A DNA stretch of 64,000 bases from Gammaproteobacteria bacterium. GTDB taxonomy: Bacteria; Pseudomonadota; Gammaproteobacteria; CAJXQU01. Positions 1 through 10,943 of this stretch are shown piece after piece. The translations under genes were made by a program, and so were the position numbers. The stretch lies in the NCBI GenBank assembly GCA_965238175.1, contig CBDEGZ010000003.1:2627885-2691884 (forward strand), given 5' to 3'. Position 1 is the stretch's first letter, and every line of letters begins with the position of its first letter. The notes beneath the pieces were generated by a model that did no database searches, had not been told where the DNA came from, and was given only the letters and a program-made list of their open reading frames with translations.

Positions 1-615
1 CTTTGTTAAACCTTCAAGATAAATATAGAATCCACCCAACGTCATTGCCGCCAGTAGATATCGCAATCCACTACAGCCTTCAGCAACAAAAAATTTCCCA
101 GCGGGTATGTTCAAATAAACACCCTCTCGAAGAATAGCTGTACCAGTCAGTTTCACCAAAAAATGAGAAACAACTGCTGCAAAAGTTTGAAGATAGGGTA
201 AAAATAATTCCCACACAGGAAAAGCAACTAACAGAAAAACAATTGGAAACCATAGTCGTGTCAGAAATTCTCTGCCTGCAAGGGCAAAAACTAATGTAGG
301 TACAAGTAAGAAAAAGCTTATATTTTCTACAAAACGAATACCAAGATAAATACTGACCACCCAAAGTAATGATAATGGTATCAGCAGAATACTTGCTATC
401 AAATTCGGGCTCAAACAGATGTCTTTGATCTCTTCTCGCCATCCCCAAATCATATAGAAAGAGATAGTTAAAACCGCAAAACCGTGTGCATATGCACCGT
501 GCTCCCACTGCACCCAGTCATTTAACAGATATTGAATCGTTTCTATATAAGCAATCAAAAATATTGAACTAATAATAAGAAAAATTGCTAAGGTTTTAAA
601 ATTTGTCTGTGCCAT
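1..615 (-). CDS. Exosortase (XrtA/EpsH family), N-terminal 205 codons; the C-terminus runs off the window's 5' edge
   Basis: Reverse-complement translation from ATG at 615..613 gives MAQTNFKTLAIFLIIS...WEHGAYAHGFAVLTISFYMIWGWREE...FFVAEGCSGLRYLLAAMTL. It shows multiple TM helices, the exosortase N-terminal W..E.YsHG motif and the hallmark active-site CSG(L)R motif. The frame has no stop before position 1, so the six-frame track does not list it. Confidence 0.6.
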   Translation of the reverse strand, partial: MAQTNFKTLAIFLIISSIFLIAYIETIQYLLNDWVQWEHGAYAHGFAVLTISFYMIWGWREEIKDICLSPNLIASILLIPLSLLWVVSIYLGIRFVENISFFLLVPTLVFALAGREFLTRLWFPIVFLLVAFPVWELFLPYLQTFAAVVSHFLVKLTGTAILREGVYLNIPAGKFFVAEGCSGLRYLLAAMTLGGFYIYLEGLTK

Positions 616-843
616 TAAATTTATATGTATGCTATTTATCCAAAATAAGTGATGCTTTAATTTCTTAATAGGGCTTTTATCGGTTCATTCACACTTTAAC
701 TTAACTTTATCCAATGTGTATTATTAAAAAATAAACGTTATTACTTTTATGTAACAATTAATACTAATGTTTTTTTTTAATACGCCGCTATTAATGTTAG
801 ATGTTTTTCTAAATCAAGGGTTGAAGAAGAAACTACAGGGCAT

Positions 844-1503
844 ATGGATATGAACTATAAAAAACTCAATATTTTATATTGGCAACCATACCAATTATTA
901 CTCGCAAACATCATTTTCTCTCTCATATTAACGTTACTCTCTTGTACAGTACGTGCTGGAATGGTTGATCTGACACTCTTTGGTGAAACAACTGACGCTT
1001 CAAATCAAAACAGTTTCGGTCTATCACCAGGGGAGCAAGTTAGTTTAAAAACCACTTTTGATTATTCAACCTTGACTGGAATAGGTGCTGAATCAATCAA
1101 ATTCACTAAAAGTTCTGGAAATAGCCTTAATTTAATTATGGGTGATTTGAACTTCTCTACAGATAATTTCGCAAGTTTTTCTCTTGGCTATCCTACAATT
1201 AACTTCTTAGATGGTATTTTTTCTGGTATAGATTACTTTGCTATTTCAGGTGCGAATGGTGCTCTGGAAAATCTTTTTTCTTATGAAAAAAAGTGGACAA
1301 GTATTGGTTCGATTACTACAGGAACTAATTCATTATTGTCGGGGCAGGGTTCAACTCAATGGGTAACAGGTACATGGGATGAGCCCTCATTAAGTGTCAA
1401 TGGTGTTCCATATGTTCCTGAGCCAGGTCCATTAACGCTTGCAGTAATTGGTGTTTTGGGTGCCTGGGCTTCATCTCACCGTCGCAAGACATTTAAAGAA
1501 TAG
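844..1503 (+). CDS. PEP-CTERM sorting-domain protein (exosortase substrate), otherwise no recognisable domain
   Basis: The C-terminus VPEPGPLTLAVIGVLGAWASSHRRKTFKE has the PEP motif, a TM helix and a basic cluster. The N-terminus is hydrophobic and signal-like. It is divergent from the exosortase gene. Confidence 0.6.
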   Translation: MDMNYKKLNILYWQPYQLLLANIIFSLILTLLSCTVRAGMVDLTLFGETTDASNQNSFGLSPGEQVSLKTTFDYSTLTGIGAESIKFTKSSGNSLNLIMGDLNFSTDNFASFSLGYPTINFLDGIFSGIDYFAISGANGALENLFSYEKKWTSIGSITTGTNSLLSGQGSTQWVTGTWDEPSLSVNGVPYVPEPGPLTLAVIGVLGAWASSHRRKTFKE

Positions 1504-1523
1504 TTACTCACTCAAACCGCACA

Positions 1524-2855
1524 CTACAACATTCTTGCATAGCGCTGACTGGTTTCGTCCAGTCGCTCTATGAGTATTTTTTGAATCGTCTTATTAATTC
1601 TCATTTGACAAGATAAAGATGCCCAATCGGACAAAGAATCTTCGAGTTTTAGCACCACTGTTTTACTGATAGCCGTAATAGTTGCAGATCGTTTTCCATC
1701 ATGCAACCAGGACATTTCACCAAAACAATCACCATCACTTAACGTTGTAATTTCTTTATCCATTTTAGTCACAGAAACATTTCCAGAAGTAATGACGTAA
1801 AACGTTTTATCTTGTTTACCTTCGCTCATGATATGAGTACCAGCCAGGCAAACCTCCCATTCACCTTCTTCCAATATTTCTTCTATATCTTGTTCGGAAA
1901 AACCATCAAAGAACTTCAGTTTAGAGAGCAGTTCGAGTTTTTGTTCCCGGGTAAGTTGTTCTTCAGAAGTTTCAATTTCAAACTCAACTTTTATCAAGTC
2001 CTCAGCTAACTCAGCACAATTTTCATACCGATCCTTTGGTTTTTTTTGTAATAATTTATCTATTATTTTTGATAATGATGGTGGTATTTCAGGACGATAT
2101 TTTTGTATTGGTTTTGGTTCGCTGGTAACAATATTCTTAAAAAGTGCAGGCATAGTACTGGCCTGAAAAGGGTGAACCCCAGCTAATAATTCATACATAA
2201 CAACACCGAGAGAAAAAATATCTGTTTGATGTGTTAACGACTTACCACTTGCTTGTTCAGGCGACATATAAAGAGGAGATCCAAGGCCTTTTTGAGTCGA
2301 GATTTTTTCATGTGCCTTTCTAACTGCAATACCAAAATCCGCAATCTTTAAATCACCCTCTTTTGTCAACAAAAGATTCGCTGGTTTAATGTCCCTATGA
2401 GTGATCCCTTTTCCATGCGCATAGTCCAATGCTTCTGCACATTGGCGAATGTAATGTAAAATCTGAGTCACAGGAAGTAAATCTTTTCGCTTGCGAAATG
2501 AGCGCAATGTATCTGCGTCTTCGACGAATTCTATCGCAATATAATCCTGGCCATCGGCATCCCCCGCCTCATAAACTTTAATAATATTCGGGTGATCAAG
2601 TATTCCAGCCGCTTTAGCTTCGTTAAAAAATTGCCGATGATTATCTTCTGCCATTGTTTCATCAAGTGAGAACTCACCTGCAGTAGCACTCAGACTTACC
2701 TTTATAGCCACTTTTCTATCAACGAATGGATCATGCCCTATATAGACAACGCCCATAGCTCCTTTGCCGGCTACTCCAACAATTTCATACTTACCTATTT
2801 TTTCAGGTAATTTTTCAGACATTATGCAGATTCCACGGAAACTGAATTCAAACAC
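1524..2855 (-). CDS. Eukaryotic-like Ser/Thr protein kinase fused to a C-terminal cyclic-nucleotide-binding (CAP_ED) domain
   Basis: Kinase motifs [20 protein letters not shown] and SPE. The C-terminus carries [10 protein letters not shown]...RSATITA, the cNMP-binding signature. The start overlaps the upstream gene by 34 bp, which indicates an operon. Confidence 0.7.
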   Translation of the reverse strand: MFEFSFRGICIMSEKLPEKIGKYEIVGVAGKGAMGVVYIGHDPFVDRKVAIKVSLSATAGEFSLDETMAEDNHRQFFNEAKAAGILDHPNIIKVYEAGDADGQDYIAIEFVEDADTLRSFRKRKDLLPVTQILHYIRQCAEALDYAHGKGITHRDIKPANLLLTKEGDLKIADFGIAVRKAHEKISTQKGLGSPLYMSPEQASGKSLTHQTDIFSLGVVMYELLAGVHPFQASTMPALFKNIVTSEPKPIQKYRPEIPPSLSKIIDKLLQKKPKDRYENCAELAEDLIKVEFEIETSEEQLTREQKLELLSKLKFFDGFSEQDIEEILEEGEWEVCLAGTHIMSEGKQDKTFYVITSGNVSVTKMDKEITTLSDGDCFGEMSWLHDGKRSATITAISKTVVLKLEDSLSDWASLSCQMRINKTIQKILIERLDETSQRYARML

Positions 2856-5800
2856 TCGGCTTTTTCAGCTTCTGATTCAGTAATATAATCAATATTCATT
2901 TCGACTAGTAACTCCAAAGTATCCTCATCAATTTCATGAGATACGACAGTTTGTTTTTCCATCATATGCGCTATATCATTAAGTGATTTAATCAAACCAT
3001 AACTTTGTGCACTTTCAACAACGTCACTCGTCAAGATCTCATCTATACAAATGTAGTCAATCGGTAATTTCAATGCCTCCTGACTCAACCCATTAACACC
3101 AAATTGACCCAATGAAAAACGACAACCAAACTCTCTCAATGTACGGATAAAACGAACAACACTTAGCTTTTCATCTTCAGAAAAAATTCCAGGGACATCG
3201 AAACAGATCTTACCAGGCGGAACCGAACACTCCGTTAGTTTTTTGATTACATAATCAAGCGCTCCTCTAGAATTGATCGTTTTAGCAGAAAGACTTATCA
3301 AGCATCTTGTTTTTGATAAAGTCTTTTTCTTATTCTCAGACATCCATTCAAGACAATTATGAATATATCGCTTTTCGAAAGCACTAATAAGATCGTGATC
3401 AGAAGAAGCTTTTATAAACCGTTCCGGCTTTCTTAAAACACCCTCTTCATCTTCCATGGCTGGAAAAATATGTAACATCTTGATAGCTTGCTCTTCCTTA
3501 TTCGCAACAATTCGTTGGCCATATAGTGGAATGCGTTCTTCAGACTGACTATAACCTTCTAACCAAAATTGCCAATCAATAACTTCATGTTCAGAATCAA
3601 CTTTCTGTCCATCTTCAGAGGGGGAAACTTCTTCATGGATCCAAGCTTGGTTTTCTCCTAGCTCCTTAGCTTTCTCACAAGCATCAATCGCTAGCGAAAC
3701 TACTTGATCAATATCCGTCGCTAATTCATTAATAACTGATATTCCAATAGAAATTGGGAAATGAACTCTTACATCTTTCAAGATAAAATCACTATCTTCT
3801 AACGATTTAAGCAACGTTTCTGCAAGAATAAATGCCCCTTCTCTAGACATAAATTCGGATGTAATACCTAATGCATGTTCACCATGCCTACCAATAAGGC
3901 TTTTTTGTCCAAAGACTTCCAAAGCCAATTTAGCAACGTGCTTTAAGTAATTAATTATTTTTTCATTATCTTCACCATCTTCAGCTACTGATAATGATAA
4001 ATAGAAGAATTCATGTTCAACATGATCTTGACGAGCATTTTCCAACAATAAGCCGAGTTGCGTACGATATTTCTCTTCATTAAGCAGTCCTGTTTCTTCA
4101 TCAATGATGATCTGTTTATTCACATCATGATAAGCACCAAATAAACTCGAAAGTATTGCTCTGTCAAACAATGGTTTTTGATCTTTGTCAGATAATTCAG
4201 CAGTTCCCTTTAACAATCTTATAACGAGTTCCTGCTGGGTCATACTTACAGCTTTATTACCCTCATTATCGACAAAAATAAACTGATTATAAGCTGGTCC
4301 TATCCAGGCAAGTGATAGCAATTTTCTTTCACCTGCCACACCTTCAATAACAAGAGAATCACCTCTTCGCATTGACTTAGCATGACTTTGCCAAACTTTA
4401 TACTCACCGGTAGGTTCTGGAATTTTTGATCGATTCCGATTCTCATCAGGATTGTCTTTCTTAAAACCCTGTAGCAGCGTTTGATCTTGGTTACACTGAT
4501 CAATAACTTTCTGAACACGTAACTGGTAGAGGTTACTTTGTCGTTCTAATAATTCATTTAGACTATTAGTTATATTCTCCAAGCTATTTGCATCATAGCT
4601 TTCTAATGACAAAATCCTTTCCACAATGTCATCAATGGCTGGCCTGATCTCGATTTGTTGACTACCACCACGCATATCCAATTGCTCAAATAGGTTTATG
4701 ATATTTCGCAGTGGGTTGGATCTATCTTGAAACAAACCTCCTTCGGAAATGGCTTGCTTGTAAAGAACTGCTTGCATACGCTGAAAATCTTGCCTTGCGT
4801 AACTACTTAAATATTGTTCTTCTTTAAGAAAATCTAAAACACCTTCAGCAAGACCAAACACATTTTGTACATCTGCCCCAAATTGTTGGCCCCCATTCTG
4901 AAATAACGGGTTTAATCGGCCTTCGATATCTCCGATCATTTCACCTTTTTTCCATTTAAGGTTATCTTCCTGCTGGATCCGATTAAGAAGCGTAATGATC
5001 TGTTGCTGATTAGCAACGCTTATTGTTTCATTTGCACCAGCTTGTTCCTGGAACATTTCATGTGAGCTCGTTGGAATACCGACACTATGTTTCAGCGCCA
5101 TTAAAGTTTGTGTAATTTGTTCACTACTTTGTGGCGCAAAAGAAGGTACTGCACCCGCCATTACAGGTACTCCAATGTTGTTTCCATTGTGACCTGTGGG
5201 ATATCCCCTCCCTGGGTACATTTGTACTTGTTGAGGCACTTCTATTTTGTCACTCGTCCTTCTCAGTCGGGAACTTTCATGAACAGTTCCAGGCCGTTTA
5301 CTAGCTCTATTCTGAGGAGAGCTTTCTATACCTTCAGAAAGTTCTTCATACAAAATGATTAGATCTGGGAGTAGAACTTCTTCCAGTTGATGATAGGCCA
5401 ATCTTAGCGCCGTATACCCAAGATCTTTACTTTGAAGATACGAGTCAATCGTTGTAAATAAACGAGAAAAACCAATAGGATTTAGAATTTCATCATAGTT
5501 AGAATCATATAACTCAGACAACTTTCTGGTGACTCTATATAACAATAACCGATGATCAGCTTCAGCATCTGATACTATCCCAGTGAGTACTAGGTAGGTT
5601 TCGAATTCTTTTTCAGCAACTAGTGATAAAGTACCACTTCTTGATAGATCTTGATTTTCAAAAGCCTTTTCCCAATTGAGTGCAGGTCGTTTATGAAATT
5701 GACCTTGTATAGCCTTGGTAATATTTGTTACTGCACTATCCACATAGTCTTCGAATACACCATGAGCATTGAAATATTCATACTTTTCATTTTCGTCAGT

Positions 5801-6388
5801 AGTTTCCTTAATTGAAAGTAGTAATCTGTTTGTTAACTTTTTGAAATAATATTTCAGAATTCTTTCGAGACTTTGTTCAAGACCCAATTTACCTTCCGGT
5901 AATTTGTTGTATTCTCCAGACTTGGTTTTGTTAGTTTCCCGATCTTTATGTTCCGCACTTTGTTTTTTCTTTTCAGTAACTTCTCCAATTTTAACCAAAA
6001 TATCCAGTACTTTTTTATCTGGTTCTTCAAAAGAAACCCCCATCCCACTTTGGAAGATGCGCACAATTTTGAAGTTTACAGAATAGTTTTTTTCACCCGC
6101 ACCTTTATATTTAACAACGAATTCGACAGAAAAACGTCTACCTTGGATCGAATCTTTGATTGCTTGAATTTCAGATCTACCTTGTTCATCTCTCCATGAA
6201 AGGAAAAAACCATCAGGACAAAAATCTCGAATAATGCAGGGTTTTGCTTCTAACTCGCCACCACGTAAAGTGGCACGCATAGCCATAGGCACACGTCTGT
6301 AGCGCCTTCTTTCAGCTCCAGTAGCTTCTTTTATTGATTCTTTTGACATAAATTTGTTTGGTCTCTTTTCTAGAAACTTAACATTCAA
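2822..6388 (-). CDS. Large (1188 aa) c-di-GMP-related signalling protein: N-terminal PilZ domain, long unknown middle region, degenerate GGDEF and degenerate EAL domains
   Basis: PilZ motifs RRRYRRV (RxxxR) and DFCPDGFF (DxSxxG). A GGDEF-like fold has RHGEH in place of GG(D/E)EF. An EAL-like C-terminus has substituted catalytic motifs ([10 protein letters not shown] for DDFGTGYSS). It is probably a non-catalytic receptor or scaffold. Confidence 0.5.
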   Translation of the reverse strand: MNVKFLEKRPNKFMSKESIKEATGAERRRYRRVPMAMRATLRGGELEAKPCIIRDFCPDGFFLSWRDEQGRSEIQAIKDSIQGRRFSVEFVVKYKGAGEKNYSVNFKIVRIFQSGMGVSFEEPDKKVLDILVKIGEVTEKKKQSAEHKDRETNKTKSGEYNKLPEGKLGLEQSLERILKYYFKKLTNRLLLSIKETTDENEKYEYFNAHGVFEDYVDSAVTNITKAIQGQFHKRPALNWEKAFENQDLSRSGTLSLVAEKEFETYLVLTGIVSDAEADHRLLLYRVTRKLSELYDSNYDEILNPIGFSRLFTTIDSYLQSKDLGYTALRLAYHQLEEVLLPDLIILYEELSEGIESSPQNRASKRPGTVHESSRLRRTSDKIEVPQQVQMYPGRGYPTGHNGNNIGVPVMAGAVPSFAPQSSEQITQTLMALKHSVGIPTSSHEMFQEQAGANETISVANQQQIITLLNRIQQEDNLKWKKGEMIGDIEGRLNPLFQNGGQQFGADVQNVFGLAEGVLDFLKEEQYLSSYARQDFQRMQAVLYKQAISEGGLFQDRSNPLRNIINLFEQLDMRGGSQQIEIRPAIDDIVERILSLESYDANSLENITNSLNELLERQSNLYQLRVQKVIDQCNQDQTLLQGFKKDNPDENRNRSKIPEPTGEYKVWQSHAKSMRRGDSLVIEGVAGERKLLSLAWIGPAYNQFIFVDNEGNKAVSMTQQELVIRLLKGTAELSDKDQKPLFDRAILSSLFGAYHDVNKQIIIDEETGLLNEEKYRTQLGLLLENARQDHVEHEFFYLSLSVAEDGEDNEKIINYLKHVAKLALEVFGQKSLIGRHGEHALGITSEFMSREGAFILAETLLKSLEDSDFILKDVRVHFPISIGISVINELATDIDQVVSLAIDACEKAKELGENQAWIHEEVSPSEDGQKVDSEHEVIDWQFWLEGYSQSEERIPLYGQRIVANKEEQAIKMLHIFPAMEDEEGVLRKPERFIKASSDHDLISAFEKRYIHNCLEWMSENKKKTLSKTRCLISLSAKTINSRGALDYVIKKLTECSVPPGKICFDVPGIFSEDEKLSVVRFIRTLREFGCRFSLGQFGVNGLSQEALKLPIDYICIDEILTSDVVESAQSYGLIKSLNDIAHMMEKQTVVSHEIDEDTLELLVEMNIDYITESEAEKAECLNSVSVESA

Positions 6389-6470
6389 GACTCATGCCAG
6401 TTGAAGAATTCAAGTAGTAAACCACTTAAACCAAAACCGTTTGTGTAATTCTATTCCTAATAGGTATTAG

Positions 6471-7718
6471 TTAGGCTGGTAATGCTTGGATTACCAGGCG
6501 ATGCTCTCTTGCTAACAAAGTAATACTGCCTATCCACAAAACACAAACAAGCATCGTTACCCAGCTGAGACTAACGATCGAAATGCCTGTGGGCAACCAT
6601 TGAGTCAATAATAAAATCAGAACTGATCCTGCCACTTTGAATAGACGATAGCCAAACATATCTATCCAAGCTTTTGCCTGATAAATCTGCAAGGGATCAA
6701 GCGGCACATATAACAATTCGCGAGAAGCTCGATTAATAGAATAGGCCAAACCACGATCACTTATTTTCATTATTTGTGCAGTCAACATCCCTGGGAATAT
6801 ATAAAAACTCCATGTGCTAAATAGCAAAAAAAACGGTTGTAGAGTTAAGCCGGCAATAGTTCCAAAATTTCTATGTACAAAAGGTGTAATAAATAAATTT
6901 ATACCGATAGCGATCAAACCCAGGTTAGCAAAAAAACCTGAAAGAAAACTTGTTCGTTGATTAAGATCTGTGAAATGAGTCTCAACCATACTCATGAATT
7001 TGTATTCCACTAATGGGGATGCAATTTGTGACAACATTAAAATAGTTGTAATCAATATCAGGTATCGATTTTTGATCAACGTCTCCCAACCTTCTATGAA
7101 AGTGGTTGTTTTAATTTTTTCTGTCTTTTCGTCATAGATGCCAATCCGGGAAAAGACCAGATTCAACACAACCAAGATCACTAAAATAGCTACCGCAAAT
7201 AAGAGAAGATATGAAGTCTCATAACCTTTCTCAATCCACATTTTGGCCATTTTGCCACCGAAAACACCTCCGAGCAGCCCACCTGTTCCAACAATGCCAT
7301 ACCATCTTTTTCCATCTGAAACACGGTAAATAGAATTAGCCAGGCTCCAAAATTGTTCAACCAAAACAACACTAAAAATATCTACAAATATATAAAAAAC
7401 AATAGCAGTTATTGTACTTTGTTGACTAAATAAAGCATAAAAAACAAGCAGTGCGACAATAAAAGTAGCTAACGTTCCAAGGACTAGGTTCAACCGACTA
7501 CATTTCTCCAAAAGACGATGGTAATAACTGATCAATAATCCTAAAATGACTGCAGTACCTATCCAAACGTAGGGTAAAGAATCAGCGCCCAGGTACTCAA
7601 TAAAGAGTGAACGACTCGCAGGTTTAATGTGGTAGTAGGCTAAGATGATAAGGAAAAAATTGATAAACAGTATCAAAGCTCGCCAAGTCAAACTCTGTGT
7701 AATTCCTGTACTTTTCAT
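6471..7718 (-). CDS. 12-TM MFS-like membrane transporter (weak resemblance to TLC/AAA nucleotide-translocase family)
   Basis: I count twelve hydrophobic segments. The N-terminal pattern F.LIILAYYHIKPASRSLF..LGA..LPY resembles the TLC family FNYTILRDTKD..IPF region. Substrate assignment is not reliable. Confidence 0.35.
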   Translation of the reverse strand: MKSTGITQSLTWRALILFINFFLIILAYYHIKPASRSLFIEYLGADSLPYVWIGTAVILGLLISYYHRLLEKCSRLNLVLGTLATFIVALLVFYALFSQQSTITAIVFYIFVDIFSVVLVEQFWSLANSIYRVSDGKRWYGIVGTGGLLGGVFGGKMAKMWIEKGYETSYLLLFAVAILVILVVLNLVFSRIGIYDEKTEKIKTTTFIEGWETLIKNRYLILITTILMLSQIASPLVEYKFMSMVETHFTDLNQRTSFLSGFFANLGLIAIGINLFITPFVHRNFGTIAGLTLQPFFLLFSTWSFYIFPGMLTAQIMKISDRGLAYSINRASRELLYVPLDPLQIYQAKAWIDMFGYRLFKVAGSVLILLLTQWLPTGISIVSLSWVTMLVCVLWIGSITLLAREHRLVIQALPA

Positions 7719-7940
7719 CGTTTTACAGCCATTATTAAGTTGAACATCCCTTCTAACATCAGAGTAATGATACTATACTGATTCAATATTACAGCTAAAT
7801 CACGGTGAATGTGACGCATAATTACAGTCACTGAACAGATCGGTACACAGTTCCACTTATGGGATATCAATAGTGTAAACACTAGCAATTTCATTTAAAC
7901 AGTAGCGTGATTTTAGTAGTGCAACAAACGGATCAAATTT

Positions 7941-9383
7941 ATGTCAAATAGATCTAAAATACTTTTGATGTATAAAGTAAGCAAACTTGCTTCGCTAGGA
8001 GCGGTTTTAACTGTTTTGATTACAACTCCTATGAGAACTCTACAAGCCGAACCTGAAACTAAAAACAATACTAAGTCACGCTTAAATTCTTCGCTTAATA
8101 ACCGAATGCAACATATCACACTTGGCATAGGTACTCGCAGTAAAGTCTTTAAAGATCTCCCTTTTGAACCTGTTACAGATAACGCTGCTGTGACTACTAA
8201 AAAGCAAACTTCTGATCTCAAAATACCAACAGGTGATCATTGGATAGAATTCACTATCGAAAAAGACGACACCTTATATAGCCTAGTGAGAAGAAGTGGA
8301 TTAAGCATTAAAGATCTCTTTGTAATAATGCATGTTGGATTAGAAACAAGCGAACTTAAACACCTGAGGCCAGGACAAAAACTTAAAATTCATGCTTCTG
8401 ATAGAAACATTCTTGAAATTGTTCATCATCAAACTAAAACAAGAAAACTACACGTAAAAAAAACCAATGATGTTTACTCAGGTTTAACAACCAATAATGG
8501 TATCAAAGTAAAGGTTATTGAGCCGAAAAGAAGCCGTACCTTACTAGCAAGATCAAATAAACATTACCCTATACTTAGAGAACGCTCCGATACTAAATTA
8601 CAACATAACCTTGAGAAAACCATCAGCCAATTAGGTCTTATGGAACAAGTCAATAGAAAAAAATTAGCCATTGCCCTTGTTGATATTAGCGATATCAATA
8701 GACCAAAACTTGCGATGTTGAACGGTAATGAGATGATGTATGCAGCTAGCTTGCCGAAAATTGCAATCCTATTAGGTGCTTTTGTTGAAATCGAACAAGG
8801 TAATCTCTCATTAGACCCTTCACTCCGTAGTGATCTCACCGAGATGATTAGATTTTCCTCCAATGAAAAAGCCACCAAAATGCTCAGCCGGGTTGGGAAC
8901 CACCGTCTTCAGGAAATCCTGATGTCTGATCGCTTTAAGCTTTATGATCCTCTTCAAAATGGCGGGCTCTGGGTAGGTAAATCCTATGGAAAGACACCAG
9001 CATTTGAACGTGATCCACTACATAACCTTTCTCATGGAGCAACCGTGCTCCAAGCTGCACGTTTTTATTATCTGATGGAAACGGATCAATTAGTCTCCCA
9101 TGATCTAACGGTAGACATGAAAGAGATTCTATCTGATCCAAAAATTAATCATAAGTTCGTTAAAGGTTTAGCTGATCGTCCAAGAGCGACAATTTACCGT
9201 AAATCCGGCTCTTGGCGACAGTGGCATGCAGATAGTGCATTAATCGAAGAAAATGGCTATAAATATATTGCGGTGGCACTTGCTGAAAGCCCTGATGGGG
9301 GGGAGTGGCTCTCTGAAATGATCGCCCCATTACATGATTTGATAGTAGTACCTCAAGCCTACGTCGAGCTCTCTAAAAACTAA
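7941..9383 (+). CDS. Secreted LysM-domain protein with class A beta-lactamase-like serine hydrolase domain
   Basis: Signal peptide. LysM-like DTLYSLVRRSGLSIKDL...LRPGQKLKI. SxxK (ASLPK), SSNE (SDN-like) and KSG (KTG-like) motifs in class-A order. Confidence 0.5.
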   Translation: MSNRSKILLMYKVSKLASLGAVLTVLITTPMRTLQAEPETKNNTKSRLNSSLNNRMQHITLGIGTRSKVFKDLPFEPVTDNAAVTTKKQTSDLKIPTGDHWIEFTIEKDDTLYSLVRRSGLSIKDLFVIMHVGLETSELKHLRPGQKLKIHASDRNILEIVHHQTKTRKLHVKKTNDVYSGLTTNNGIKVKVIEPKRSRTLLARSNKHYPILRERSDTKLQHNLEKTISQLGLMEQVNRKKLAIALVDISDINRPKLAMLNGNEMMYAASLPKIAILLGAFVEIEQGNLSLDPSLRSDLTEMIRFSSNEKATKMLSRVGNHRLQEILMSDRFKLYDPLQNGGLWVGKSYGKTPAFERDPLHNLSHGATVLQAARFYYLMETDQLVSHDLTVDMKEILSDPKINHKFVKGLADRPRATIYRKSGSWRQWHADSALIEENGYKYIAVALAESPDGGEWLSEMIAPLHDLIVVPQAYVELSKN

Positions 9384-9442
9384 TAACAAGCTTTTTTTAT
9401 AACTAAATAAAAGTCCGAATAACGGATCCTCTTTCGTTGTTA

Positions 9443-10900
9443 TTATTTTAGTATTTTTACCGCCAAAAACATTGGATTTCCATCACGTTGGATCAGTACT
9501 GGAACCGATTTATTTGATGGCAGTTTTGCAACCAAACCCTTGAGCATATTACTGCTCGTGATTTTTTTATTATCAATCAATAAAATGATATCTCCAACAT
9601 TAATTCCAGCATCCTGTGCTGGCCCCTTATTAACCTCTTCTACCAACACACCTTTATTTTCCAAACTCATTTGATTGCGTTCTTCATTCGTCAGGTTCTT
9701 TACCCGAATATTCAGACGATTATCGGCGAGTGGTTTATTGTCAAGAGTAAGTGCAGAAGCCACTTTTTTATCACTAGGTAGTTCCTTGATCAAAACTTTC
9801 AATGTGATCTGTTTCCCAGAACGTAGCACTTTTACAGGAACACGTTCTCCCATTCGAGTTGTTCCAACAATTGGGGGTAATTCTGAAGACATATCGATGG
9901 TATGACCATTAAACTCAGTGATGATATCCCCAGTTTTGATACCAGCTTTAGCTGCAGGGCTAGCATCTAAGACCTTAGCAATCAATGATCCACCAGGTTT
10001 ACTCATTCCAAATGATTCCGCTAATTCACGAGTCACATCTTGAATCATGACACCAAGCCATCCACGGGAAACTGATCCTTTCCCTCGTAGTTGCTGGTAA
10101 ACATTCATAACGATATCCATAGGGATAGCGAATGAAAGCCCCATAAAACCGCCAGTACGACTATATATCTGCGAATTCACACCAACCGCATCACCGTCCA
10201 GATTAAAAAGCGGTCCACCGGAATTTCCTGGGTTGATTGCGACATCGGTCTGAATAAAAGGAATATAATTTTCGTTAGGTAGACTGCGGCCTTTTGCACT
10301 TACAATTCCTGCTGTAACGGAGTAATCAAAACCAAAAGGTGAACCAATCGCTAAGACCCATTCACCAACCTCGAGATCTTTTGAACGTCCAATATTTACA
10401 ACAGGTAAATCTTTTGCCTCAACCTTCAACACGGCGATATCTGTTTGTTTGTCTGATCCGATCAATTTTGCTACGAATTCACGACGATCATTTAACCTTA
10501 CAATAATTTCATCTGCTCCATGAACGACATGATGATTTGTGATCACATAACCATCTTCTGCAATGATAAAACCTGAGCCTAGTGAGGATCTTGGTTGAGA
10601 TCTACCTGATCCATTGCCCTCACCAAAAAAGTGCCGGAAGAAATCATTCAATGGGCTATCTTCAGGTATATCTGGCATTTGCGGGATTTTCAAATTCGGT
10701 ATTTCAGCACGTTTTTGTGACGTCGAAATATTCACAACTGCAGGGCTGTTTTCCTTAGCAAGTTTTGTAAATTCAGGAAGTGACCGTGCCTCTATAATAG
10801 GCTGAATCATGAAGAAAATGGCTATTACTGTTAACAGGCCAGATTTCCACTTTATAATCGAATTTAAAAATAAAGATCTAATCAAATTTACGTGGCTCAT
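9443..10900 (-). CDS. mucD: Periplasmic serine endoprotease DegP/MucD (HtrA family, two PDZ domains)
   Basis: Trypsin-like catalytic motifs (HHVV, GNSGGPL). Two PDZ regions. Position downstream of rpoE-rseA-rseB matches the algU-mucABD arrangement. Confidence 0.85.
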   Translation of the reverse strand: MSHVNLIRSLFLNSIIKWKSGLLTVIAIFFMIQPIIEARSLPEFTKLAKENSPAVVNISTSQKRAEIPNLKIPQMPDIPEDSPLNDFFRHFFGEGNGSGRSQPRSSLGSGFIIAEDGYVITNHHVVHGADEIIVRLNDRREFVAKLIGSDKQTDIAVLKVEAKDLPVVNIGRSKDLEVGEWVLAIGSPFGFDYSVTAGIVSAKGRSLPNENYIPFIQTDVAINPGNSGGPLFNLDGDAVGVNSQIYSRTGGFMGLSFAIPMDIVMNVYQQLRGKGSVSRGWLGVMIQDVTRELAESFGMSKPGGSLIAKVLDASPAAKAGIKTGDIITEFNGHTIDMSSELPPIVGTTRMGERVPVKVLRSGKQITLKVLIKELPSDKKVASALTLDNKPLADNRLNIRVKNLTNEERNQMSLENKGVLVEEVNKGPAQDAGINVGDIILLIDNKKITSSNMLKGLVAKLPSNKSVPVLIQRDGNPMFLAVKILK

Positions 10901-10943
10901 ACCTTTTTCCTATAGACGTAGTTGTACAGTTGAGAATTTTATC

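Noticed and set aside
80-508. 142 aa minus-strand ORF from the six-frame track
   Set aside because: It lies entirely inside the exosortase gene in a different frame with no recognisable features. The real gene is the stop-less frame running off the window edge.
2822-6388. Numerous small internal and antisense ORFs in the track (e.g. 4300..4518, 5108..5362, 5854..6199) and similar ones inside smc, pnp, infB, nusA, ppc
   Set aside because: Fully nested within long, well-supported genes, with low-complexity translations. Treated as six-frame noise.
9384-9442. Terminator between the convergent beta-lactamase-like gene and degP/mucD
   Set aside because: AT-rich with only an imperfect AATAACG...CGTTGTTATT pairing. 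Too weak to call confidently.
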